DNA from: Lama guanicoe
Taxonomy: Eukaryota
Assembly (NCBI GenBank): GCA_013239625.1
Contig: MU054187.1
Coordinates: forward strand, 6,769,757-6,833,756
Length of the DNA: 64,000 nucleotides
Direction: 5' to 3'
This document shows, in pieces, positions 42,483 through 54,125 of this stretch (positions within the stretch are counted from its first letter, which is position 1; every line of letters starts with the position of its first letter). Below the pieces are notes generated by a model that worked only from the letters and a program-made list of their open reading frames with translations, made no database searches and was not told where the DNA came from. The translations under genes and the position numbers were made by a program.

Positions 42483-45400
42483 TTGTACTTTGTTCCAAAA
42501 AGACTTCTTAACAACTTTTTTTTCCTATCAGTGTACTTTCTTAAGGGGATTTTCCAGAAGCATATTTACCCTTCCTTGAAGGGAGTTTTTGATCAGTCCT
42601 GGCTCTAAGCTAAATCATACACATAAGTCATGAAGGAGTCTTGTATTTGAGAAGCACTTTTATCCTTATTTGTTCAGGAAGATTGACTTCAGGGCACCTT
42701 AGCAGGATCCCCATGTAGAAGGCATGTCACAGTTGCTCTGGTCTACAAGATTGTAGCTCAGCAGTTTCATTTAGAGCATTTCTCTAAAGACTCCCTTCTA
42801 AGGGCACTGATCCATATTCTGATTCATGATGATGTGTATTTGTAAGTATAAACTATAGGTAAAAGAAGAGTCTAAAGAAAGTGTGGAATGGAGATGGACA
42901 GAACAACACAGATTCATCACAGCGAACAGGAAAAACTGCTTTTCTTACATGCAGTTGATCATGAACATTGTCCTCATTTGTAAATATCAGCATTAAATAT
43001 TAAGTATTAAGGCTGTATTCTCTTGGTTTTTAAACACTGTAGCTTATAAACCCATCATGTTTTCCTCCAGGAGACCTTGGCTCATCCTTGTGTTTTACAC
43101 TCCTGCTGTATGTACACAGACTTCTAGAGAAGTCCCTTATTATGACACTTTTCACATTTTCTCATTACCATTTATTAAATTGTCTGTTTCCCGTTATATA
43201 GAACATTTCATGAGGACAGAAGCTGGCTATCTGGTGTATTGCCAGAGCACGTATTACCATGCTGATAACGTTCTAATTTAAGCTTTGAATGTATTGGTTC
43301 AGACCAGATTGAGTTGTATAGCACAGAAAAGCCCGCAAACAACGGCTTACAAAATACTCTCTTGTATACAAGAAATCCAGTAGTAAGACAGTCTCGATAT
43401 GATGTAACAGCTCCACAAACACACAAGGCTCCAAGCTCTTCTGCTATCTTTCTGTTCTATTATCCTAACCAATGACTTGTCTGCTCCAGGTTACTTTATG
43501 GTCTACACTGGCTGTTCAGGCTCCAGCCAACCCTTTCCCCTATCTTTCTTACATAACTGATTGGATTTCCTCATCATTCTGCTTACTCTTCATTCTCAGC
43601 CTTACTCCTCTAAAGTAGGGGATGGAGAAGTCTTGTGAGTGTCCTGTGACTACCACGCCAGTCAAACCACAAATCAGACACCCGGTACTCTGGTGCCTCT
43701 TATACGCACGCAAAGCCTTGCCAAAGCCTTTACCCACAATTTCTCATATACCAACAGTAAACTTTCTCTGTGCAATGAGAAATTTTAAAAATCTGCCTCG
43801 AAGTATGATTCTTGTCAAATGAGTTATTGAGGCAAATCTGCCTAGCAATTCAGTGACTCTTTTTTTCCCTTTATAATATTTCAGAAGGTAGTGTTGCATC
43901 ATTGTATTGTAATCGCTGTTCCTGCAAGACCTTTCAGCTAAATGTTCATCAGTTACCTTTTAATTTCGTGGTGGTATTCTTCACTATTGTATCAAACTAC
44001 TTGAAGGCAGAAATTGCTGTTGTGTTAAGAAAAATAGTAAGTGGCATGCAAATAAATGTTTATTAGGCTCCCCTTTATAATCTTATGAACCATTGCTTAT
44101 GTCACCTAAAAGGCTTTAGATTTTAGATTTAGGTTTAGATTTTCCTCTTAATTGAAGTTTCTCAACAGCAAGAGTAAATCCATTAAGTATGTGAATTGAC
44201 ATCACAGCAAAAGAATCCACAATCTTAGTAGCATTTATTGTTTTATTTGCTCAACACATTGTTATTCTAGAATGACCTGGTATTAAGTATGCTCCATCAA
44301 GAATTGCACCTGGACATGTGAATCTCCTTGCAAAAAGCAGAGCAACACACTGCACTAGATCTCCGCTATTAAAACAGTTTTCTCTGGAGCACAGTACTGC
44401 TTTCACTGACGTTTCCCAGTCACAGCTGACTCACAATGCTTTAATTTTTGCAGATGGTGACCTAACTCATATATTTAAATAAGCATAGATTTATTAAGAA
44501 AGAAATGTTTTCATGGGTGCTCATAAGGGAAGCGGATAAATTTGGAGACCATCACTTCAGCAGAGCCTCAGTGACGTAAGAGAAGTGGAGTGAGAGCAGG
44601 ATCACCTCCCAGCTTCCCTCCAGCTTTAGTCTGGCTCAGATGAGCACCACTGCTCCATCCTGTCCTCTGCCCAGGTGGCAGGGTCTGGCGGATGAAGTGT
44701 GGGGTGAGGAGGAAACTCTCAAGCCACCAGCCACAGGTGTGGTGTGGCCAGGGAGCAGACATAAGAAGGAGATTTAATGACCAAATTTTAACAACTAAAG
44801 TTGGTCCAGACTCTATGCATTAAGTACTGAGAAAATGAAATGGGGAATTTGACACAGAAGAGTCAGGGATCAAATAAACAAAATAATGTGTACAGAGGAA
44901 GCAATTAGTTTTTAGAAGGCTTGTGATCAAAGTTTATGGTTATTTTTGCTGCCTGACTTGTGGGAAATTTTTCTCAGTTTTTAAAACAAACAAACAAACA
45001 AAAGCAATGTTCTATCTCCTGGACTTTAATGTGTAAGGAAGTAGGACCTATATCTGCCATCACATCTTGACACTACAAGGTGAATGAACCTGAAAACCAA
45101 GCTCCCAAGTGCTTCCAAGTGCCTCACCACCAGTTTCTCTTACCCTGATTTACTTTTTTTCCATAGAGCTCATCACTTTTGAGCATACTGCATAGTTTCC
45201 TTTTATCATATTCATTGTTTATATCTGTATTGTTTATATATGTTATCTTATGTTATTATATTCATTGCTCATAGCCTCTCCCAACCTCCCCAACAACAGT
45301 GCAATTTCAATTTCAACAAAGGCAGGAGTTTTACACCCTAGTTTTAAGGCATCTTTTAAATATACATTCTGTTTATATTCATAATTTCAGTTCTACAATT

Positions 45401-46449
45401 CTAATAAAGTAAATTTAAACAAAGAAAACTAATGATTTTCATTACACCATTAATTGTAGTAGTAACTTTGGAAGTAACAATCGTTGAAAATTAGTGAAAT
45501 AGTTAAGAAAATTATTTACCTACTTGATTAGCATTAATTATTAAAATATATTAAGGATTTATAACAATATGAGAAATGTTTGTACTATGTAAAGTGAAAA
45601 AAGTAAGTATATGTATTTTATCTACAATGTGATCAGAATAATCCAAAAACTTAAAGAATGGACACTTCTAGCCATGAAATGTTAATTATTCTTTTGATGA
45701 AAATAACAGCATAGTTGGGAAAAAAAATATAAGAAGGAACTATTTTCAGGTACTAAACATCAGGCAGTTTAGGCATATGATTCTTGAAAGAAGGATAATA
45801 CACAATGTGATACTTAAAATCGATCACTCTGGCTTTCTGACTTGAGACCCTTTCTTGCTCTGGACCAGTGTTCTTATTGAGTGGAGGAAGAAGATTGGAT
45901 ATTTGGGTTGTTGAAATGTTGGTAATTTTTGCAGCAATAACTGAGAAAAGGAAGGGGAGGTGGGGGATAAACTATAAACAGTGCACTGTATGGTCCAAGA
46001 ACACATTCACTGATGGGAGAAGTGGTGATGGTTCTAGCTATACAGTGATTATAATGTAGAACAAACAGAAACCACCTCTGAGGGTTTTAGAGGAAATTCT
46101 CTGGGTATATCTCACCGCTTAACTGGATTGATGCCCTTTTTTACAACATGGGCCTCACTGGAGTTTTTGTTAGAGAGATTCTGTAAGAGTTTGTGCTGGT
46201 CAAGGCAGGTTTTCTAAGATCCAAACCACAAGGGCAAGTCAAGATCCTCAGAAAGCTTTGAGAGTGACTTGAAACAACAGCACACAGTTGAAGACTATAG
46301 CTGGAAATAAGAAATTTTAAAAATAGATACGGCTTTTTATTTAATCATACTATCTAGGTGCTTTACAATAACAAATTACGCCATATACAAAAAAATATTT
46401 AAATCACTTAAGTAAAAATTCGACACACGCTGTTCTTATATTTGGAAGG

Positions 46450-47100
46450 CAATCAAATCCTGCTTCCGCAGGAATCGGGAGAATCCTGTACTTCGCTGAC
46501 GTTCGTGCTGGAGAGACTGATGTAACAGTTGTCAAAGTGTCTCTTACCCTCCCGAGTGGGTCCTTCTGCCCGGTATCACTTGAGCCAATAGAATGAGGCT
46601 GAAAGCTTCATTCTTGGATCAGGGAATGGGGATGTGCAGGCTCAGCTCTGGAGCACACTGCCTGCGCGACCAGAAGGGTTGTGGGCGTGGCTGCGTTGTG
46701 GGAGGGGCGGAGCTCCCCCCGCGCAGGCGCGGGCGCTTCTGCACACGGCCCGCCAAGCGCGGTGTGGGCGCCGCCATCTTGCGCCTGGCGCGCTGGTCGG
46801 AATTTCCGCGCGGTGAGGCTTCACTGTGCGGCCAGCTGTGAGCGAGAGAGAGCTGACTAGGCGCAAAGGAGAAAAAAAAAAAGGTTAGACTTTATTTTCC
46901 TATCCCGATTCTGTTTTTATTTCCTGAGAGTTGCTGACGGGCTTGGCCCTGACACACCCCTCCTCTGCCTTCCGGCCCGCTCCTCGTTCTCGAGGCGGCG
47001 GGGCACAGGCTGGTCTTGTGCGACTGCTTCTCGCTGAGGGTGGGCGTCGTCCAGACCGGGGTGGGGGGAAGCAGGGCTTCTCCCCAAGGCCTTGAGGTGT
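46450..47100. promoter_or_regulatory. CpG-island promoter, probably bidirectional, gene unidentified
   Basis: Sharp GC/CpG peak in AT-rich surroundings. TGACG 46497-46501; AGCCAATAG (CCAAT 46585-46589); TGGGCGTGGC 46682-46691; GGGGCGGAG 46704-46712; NRF1 GCGCAGGCGC 46721-46730; YY1 GCCGCCATCTTG 46770-46781. Plus-strand donor GCG|gtgagg after 46812; minus-strand donor AGG|gtaaga after 46548. Confidence 0.8.
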
Positions 47101-47330
47101 GTCGGGTTGTCCCCAGGCTCGGCCCTGACTGTTCACATCCCTGGCCGACCACTGTCTAACCTTCTGGAAACAAAGGACACCAGACAATTTCAGATGCATG
47201 GCTCACATATCAGCAGGGAAATCGTGGTCCCCTGTCAGATTTTTCCTAGAGTGAAGGTCTCTAGGTCTCCGGCCTGTAGGCAGGTGTGCCCTGATGTGGG
47301 CGCTCACTGCCCAGGCCTCAGTCTCCCTGC

Positions 47331-48550
47331 TCACGCTCTGGTTTTTCGAAAGAGAAGCTTCAGGGCAGGGAGAGGTTCACACAGCAGTCAGGGGGCTCTG
47401 GGGCCCGGGTTGTCTCTTAATGAGAGGTTGGGACTCTGGGGTCTCCTCACTCGGGCGTGATGTCCCCCCAGAGTGACCCCTGCAGCTTCAGGGCAGGTGG
47501 GCAGTGAGCCGCACTGGGTGGGGTCTGGTCCGCTGGTGCTGATCTTGCGCGCTGTCGGTTTTCTGGGGTTTTAGGTGCACCCAGTCTCCTGGCCGGAAGC
47601 GGGGGAGGGCCAGGTCCATGGGTGCGGCCAGCACCTGGTCACCATATTCCATGAGAGCTTTCATGCTTGCTTCTGCCTGGAGGGAAACTTGAGCTGTTCC
47701 ATTTCAAGGATATTAAGAAGTCCCTTTTTTCGGGCTTGGGAAATGGGTCTACCATACAGTAGTTCAGATGCACTGAACTTTACCTTATCCCTTGGGGCTG
47801 ACCGTATGTGGAGCAGAGCAATCCCAAGCAACTTAATTAAATTTTCTTGACTTTCCTGGCATAGCTCTGTTAAGGCCCATTTCAAGTCCTGATTGAATCT
47901 CTTTACTTGCCTCAACAACTGGGGTCTCCAGACTTGAGTGCAAGGTCCAGTTTTATGTCCAGGGCACTTATTATTCCCTTTGTCACTTGAGACACAAATG
48001 CTGGACCATAATCACTTTGTAGGGATCCTGGGAGCCCACACCTGGGCATTATTTCTCTTAGTAATACCTTAGCCACTTCAGCTGCCCTTTCAGTTCTAGC
48101 AGGAATGCTTTTGTCACTCAGAAAACGTGTCCTATCTGCCATTCTTCCCCAGGACATGTCCCTCTGGTCCGAGTGAGCCTTATCTGGGGCCCTCTAGGGG
48201 GTCTGGTGTCAGGGTGGTTCACTGTGCAGTTAGGACAGGGCTTCCTGTAGTGAGTTCCTTGTTGAACCTCCCTGCAGTTGACAGGCTGCAGTTTGGGGAA
48301 AGAAATATTGCCCATGTTCATTAACTAGTCACCCATGGCCTCCTGGATCCCTATTGAAGCTGCATTTTCTGGCTTTGTCTAATTCTTCTTCCTTTGTGTA
48401 GATTGGAGAATAATTGAATCGATCTGGCCTTTGAAATTAAGGGGTAGAATCTACTTCAAGTTACGGGGTAAAATCACTGCCACTTTTTCTGGAAGCTTCA
48501 ATATGTTTAAGCCATATTTCACATGCTTATTCTCATCAGTAAGCAGTAAG
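47331..48550 (-). mobile_element. Endogenous retrovirus (ERV1/gamma-like) pol remnant: end of RNase H plus integrase
   Basis: Minus-strand frames give LLTDENKHVKYGLNILKLPEKVAVI (RNase H), CPNC...RGTCPGEEWQI (zinc-finger/core start), LLREIMPRCGLPGSLQSDYGPAFVSQV (core), IALLHIRSAPR..SASELLYGRP, FRPGDWVHLK and CEPLPALKLLFRK* (stop 47333-47331). Many frameshifts and deletions. Confidence 0.88.
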
Positions 48551-50237
48551 AAGAATTTGGTCGTGTAGGTGGTCTAGGAAAGGGGATTGTTGACTGTTTT
48601 CCATTTCATTCTGCTGGGAATAAGGGGCCAACAAAGGAGTATAGGCAAAGGAACAACATGGGTTAGGAATAATGTAAAAGATAGATTGTGGAGAAAAAGA
48701 GCTAGGAAAGAGATGATAGAAGTGAAAATGAAAGCAGTAGCTGTGTACAAATTGAAAGGGCTGGTATCTAGAGGGTAAAAGCTATGAGGCTTGAAAACAA
48801 TACTATCATAGTGCATTCTCTATCCAGTAGAAGCAATTGGTTTCTGGGCCATCTGGTATTTGGTGACTGAGCAGAAGAGCATAAAATAAAAAGTCAGTGA
48901 TAAGTAAAAGTGCTTTATGTTCCTAAGTAACAAACTACAACCATCAGAATTCAATAATAGTTTAATATTTTGAAAGGCATCAATCATCATGCCTCCAATT
49001 CCAGTACCACAGGACAAGTGTTCAGTAGATTACACAGAAGATTGCAAAGGATAACTTTAGCAGAATTAAAAATAAAGCAGAACTTTCTTAACCCAGGAAA
49101 CAAGCCAGCTGATATTAAAATCCTCAAGGTGCCCCCTGGCAGACATTTTGAACACAGAGATGATTTTGTGGTCTGAGTTATTTTGACCTCTGTGATGTGA
49201 TAGAAAATAAGATATATTTTGAGTTTCAGACAAGGAAATTGTTGCTTTTGGAGAAATATTTACAGCTTTATTTTTTAGGCAGAAAAGGATAAATTTAAGT
49301 CAGCACTGAACACTGGCATGTTTTGAGGAGAAAAAGATATTCTGCAAGACTAACGCACTGCAGAGGAAAGCACTCAGTAATTCTGTAACCAAACTAGTTA
49401 TTTGCCCAGAGTAGGGTATGTAGCGATCATACTTGGAAGAGCTAGAATACAGAGTTTTTGTGTTTTCTTTTTTCTTCCCAAATTAGCCTAATGATTTGGA
49501 GAAATACTCAGTAATATAGAGAGTGAAGTTTATTCTGGATGAGTCAAAAATAAATTCAGTGTATGTGTTTGTAATTTACGAAATTAGTTATAATTTGAAT
49601 TACATTGTTATTTTCGATCTTCAGTCAGGAATTATTTTAAATAGGTTTTCAGAGTTTTTACATTTATAATTTGTAGTCTGATCATCACTGTATTCATCTC
49701 TTTTTGCATGGCCAAAATCTGTCCTCTGATTCTGGTCAGACTGCATTTTAAATTCCCTGAGCAAACCTTGAATTTAGATGTGCTGTTAGGTCGACTTGGT
49801 GTTCTGTTTTGTTCTTACTGTAAAATACTCAGTATTTTAATAAGCAAGCCCCTGTATCCTCCTTGCAGACAGTCCTTTCTCAATATAATTTAATATTCAA
49901 TTTTTAGAGCAGTAATTCTATAATATGATGTCAAAATGAACGACAAATTATTTCATTCATCCTCTTGTAAGAATTTGGGAGTGTTTTAATGAAAAGACAT
50001 GATAACATAAGATACTTCCAACCACTGTGTGTTAAGAACTATTCTGACCTAAACGAATCTTTACAGCAACTATTATATGTAGAAAATTACCAATAATAGA
50101 AGCAATAGGAAGTCAAGGAAGTCAAAGATACGTCTCTTAAAGAGGCTGAAAGTTTCAATAAAAAAAAACCAACACGACAATGTAGTAGTGTTTAATTTAT
50201 GTACACTTATACTATTTTGATATTTTTTCATGGTTAA

Positions 50238-50780
50238 TGTGGCAGATTACAGTTTCCAAAAATGACCATAGAGTATTTCTTGTCCCATATCCTTTTCCAC
50301 AACCTTGCCACTCCCCCTTCGAGAGATGGAGTCTAATTCCCCTCCCCTTGAAATTAGACAGAGCTGTGGTCTTGACAAGGAGCATATGACAGAATTCAAC
50401 AACTAGAGGTTAGGTCACAGTTGGTTATATAACTTCCACCTGGCTCCTCCCAGTCTTTGGCTGTTCTCCCGTGGACACACCACTTCAATGCTGTGAAGAG
50501 AAGCCAGGCCACATGGTGGGCTTAGCATAGGAGCTCTGATTGACAGCACCAGCTAAGATCTTAGCCAACAGACTGCATCAGCTGCCAGACTATATGTGAG
50601 CGAGACTTCAGAGGCTGTTTTCCAGCCTTGAAGTCTTCCAGTTGAGATCCCAGACATCACGAAGCAGAGAGGCAAGTCATTTCCACAGGGCCCTGACTAA
50701 TGTCTTACAACCAAATTTGTGAGCGTAATAAATAATTGCCTAACCCCCTAAATTTTGAAGTCATAATAACTGAAACAGTT
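50238..50780 (+). mobile_element. MLT1-type LTR
   Basis: tgtggcagattac...gatggagtctaattcccctccccttgaa...ctgtgaagagaagccaggccacatgg...gcatcagctgccagac...taaataattgcc. Confidence 0.75.
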
Positions 50781-52324
50781 CGTGAGGTCTGCATATTCAG
50801 TTTCATATTATGGCAACATATTAATAGATGTTTGCTACCAATTTCATAAGTTATTTTATATAATTTTTCTCTGAATGTGCCAAGGATCTTATAAGGATTA
50901 TGATTTCAAGTATAAAATAGATGTTGAAGCTAAACAGAGAAATGTATATTTAAGTTGTCCATATTAGTAAAATCCAGAAAACTTATGATTTAAATTTCTT
51001 ACCGTGCTTGATAACATAATTGGCTTACTTTTTGGACAGTAATTTCAGGCTTACAATAACAGCTAATGCTATGCAGAGGAAATTATTTCTCCCTGTGTGC
51101 AAATACTTATTGTCTTAATTTTTCTTTTTTTCTCAATAGCAATTTTGATGAGAACTAATCACTTACTAAAAACAAAGCTTCCCTGTTACTTTGTCCTCAA
51201 ACCATGGTTCAAACTGGAGGAAAGCAATCCCTTTGAAATACATTTTGTGGAGATCTAACCTTTACAAGATAATTTTTGTTAGGTAAAAACTCTTTTGGAA
51301 TAGTCAAATGCAAATTATAGACCCATGAGAGTTTTGGGGTACATTACTGTTAATCGATTTTCACTGTATGTATAATACTGTTAAGCAATTATGAAATATA
51401 CTAAACTATGCATTTATATATTTTTTGATGATGCAACAGAATTTCATGAAGTTCAGTGACTATCAAAATCATTATCATGTATAAGTCTTACATTCTATAC
51501 CTATAATTTTTATAGTCCTGCCTGCTATGCTACAATACTGTCTGATACATTTCAGGCATTTCCCCCTCTAGATTTACGCTGATGAAATAGTAATTCCAAC
51601 AAAATGAACCAATGATTAGTTACACTGATAACATGGGAAACAAATTAGAAGTGAAAATGGCACCTGAAGGATATCACTAGACATGCACGGCAGCTGTTTG
51701 GATAGCTTTCATCTCCGTTGACAAAGAGCAATGTCCTTCATCCAGTAAGCTGAGTCTACCTCAGTTAAGATTCACCTTCAGTAAGCTGTGGAGGAGAAAA
51801 GAAAGGAGCAAGTGCCTGAAGACAACCATGCCAGAACCACATTCATATCATGGGTATCTCCTCTAATTATTAAGTGACTTGTCACTGTCTCCAGCACCCA
51901 TATACTGAAAGATACATAGAGATGACCAAAAAGCAAAGTGATCAGAGTGATATAAATAAAAGGACAGCCTTTCAATTCCCTGTTTGTCTCTGACTCTAAT
52001 TTGTTGCTGTGAACCATCCACTAAATATGCAGCCATTTGTTTCTTGGTCCATGTATAGCCTGAAGGCACAAAAACAAGTGCTGAGCTCAGAAAAACAGAT
52101 CCCAGCAGTGCAGTTACAGATGAGACAGTCTGAGAACAACATTATTTTAAAACTGTCATGCAGGACAAAACATTCAAGGTAAAATTTTCAAACAGATAAA
52201 AACAGTTTCCTGTTCTGCCAGAAAATGCATGGGTAACATTCCATCTGATGATATTAGGCCAAAATGAAAAAGACTCTAAATAATGAAACCTATTAGGAGA
52301 TCTGTATTCTTTACCAAGGGAGAC

Positions 52325-52412
52325 TTTCTCTCTCTCTCCCTCCCTCCCTTTCTTTCTTTTTTTCTTTCTCTCTTTCTTTCTTCCTTTCTTCCTCTTTCTC
52401 TCTCTGTCTCCC
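52325..52412. repeat. Polypyrimidine simple repeat (CT/CCCT/TTTC)
   Basis: tttctctctctctccctccctccctttctttctttt...ctctctgtctccc. Confidence 0.9.
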
Positions 52413-53149
52413 TAACCATCATCATCCACTGATCTATTCCATGAATACCTTAAAAATACATTTCATGTGGCTTGAAATAACAACAAAAATAAAAGATCAC
52501 CTAAAATAACTCATGCAGAATAAAAGACAAAACAGTGAGATAAATGAAGAGAGTGAATCATATCAAGAAGCAGCTTAGCTGAAGAAAACCTATAATAAGA
52601 AGCAAACTACCAACAACAGAAAGTAAACAAGGAAAAAAAAACTTTTAAAATTCTTTGGAACATTTAATCATGTAATTTTCCAGCAAAGAATCTCTACACT
52701 TTAAAACATGTCTAAGGACACCATTTTACTACCTTGGAGTAATTGTATATATATATTCCTATTACTCTGTTAGATCAGAAAGAGTTTGAAGTATATATTG
52801 GAAATATTTTTGTCAAATGGTTATAATAAAAAGTGAGGTTAATGAGTAAGCTTAACTCATTGTCAAAACTAACAGTTTATTAACTAATTACATATTATGA
52901 ATAAATATTGATTTCTTATATAAATTACCTAGCAACAAGTAAATATTTCCAAATTTTCCCAACTCTTAACACAATACCACCAGAAATACACAGAACATAA
53001 TAAGAAGATCATTGACTGAAAGAAAATTCTGCAAATTTAAAACAACTTAAGACCACATCATGACTAAATGTATATATAGACATATCTGCATTTGTCTGTC
53101 TATATGTTTAAGTCCTAAAATATAAATTTAATTTCATCAGTCACTAGAA

Positions 53150-53900
53150 ATATGCTGAAATAAACAATTCAGATATTTGGAAGTTAATATTGTTAGAAAT
53201 ATCCTGAACACAAACAATAGGCAGGGATAGAAATTTTAAATTGCTAATGAGAGACATAAAGCAACAATCAAAGAATTTCATTTTCTCCTAATAGAAGTTT
53301 CAAAAAAAGAGAAAAAAGTAAAGGATAAGAAATTGTCAAATAATTAAGAGATTTTTCTAGGAATTAAAGGGAGACCAATTTTCAAATTTCAGTGTCCTAT
53401 TGAATGGAGAGTAGTCTGAGTAAAAATGACTCACATGTTGACACATCACTGTGTTACTCCAGAACTCCTACATTTAAAAGATTATAAAATTTTCCAAGAG
53501 AAAAAAGAAGCAGATTACTTACAAAAGATCTAAATTTAGACCAGCATTAGACTTCTCTTCAGCAACATGAATGTCAGGATAAAAGGCAGCAATGTTGTCA
53601 GCATTCTGAGGTAAAGTTTTATTCAACCTAGAATTTTATACTTAGCTAAACTATGAATGAAATGATTTTCAAATAAGTAAGACATCAGAAAAAAACACTA
53701 ATACTCTTTTATTGGTTCATTGTCTGATAGCATAGGAAAGTGAGGGAGTAAATCCAGAAAGATGAAAATATCAGTTCTAAAAATAGTGACTCTGACCCAG
53801 GAGAGCAGTAAACATCCATCACTGGTTAATAGTAATTAACTGTAGTAGGAAGCAATCAGTCCAGATTAGAACAGAAGAATGGAGGAATCTTAGAATGCTA
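53150..53900 (+). mobile_element. HAL1/old L1 ORF1-like relic
   Basis: cagattacttacaaaag...ttagacttctcttcagcaaca...caacctagaattttatacttagctaaactat resembles the C-terminal region of L1 ORF1. Confidence 0.6.
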
Positions 53901-53939
53901 ATACTAAAGATCCCATGCAAATAAGAGAGTGAGTTAGGA

Positions 53940-54125
53940 CAAATGGCCCAATACTTGCTTTTCTAAATAAAGTTTTATTAGAACACAGCCATACCCATTC
54001 ATTTACATATTGCCTATGGCTGCTTTTGTGCTACAGTGGCAGAGTTGAATAGTTGCAACAGAGACTGAAGGGCTCACAAATACTAAAATTTACTACCTTC
54101 TTTAAATAAAAAGTGTGTTAATGCA
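53940..54125. mobile_element. MER58A-like hAT-Charlie MITE
   Basis: taaataaagttttattagaacacagccatacccattcatttacatattgcctatggctgcttttgtgctacagtggcagagttgaatagttgcaacagagac. Confidence 0.85.

Noticed and set aside
46619..46777. Minus-strand 52-aa ORF MAAPTPRLAGRVQKRPRLRGG... with a strong Kozak context (AAGATGGCG)
   Set aside because: The ATG context is simply the reverse complement of the YY1 motif; the ORF stops before the minus-strand donor and resembles no protein I know
47331..48550. Domesticated or intact retroviral integrase
   Set aside because: The motifs are split across several frames with deletions and stops; no gag, RT or env is recognisable
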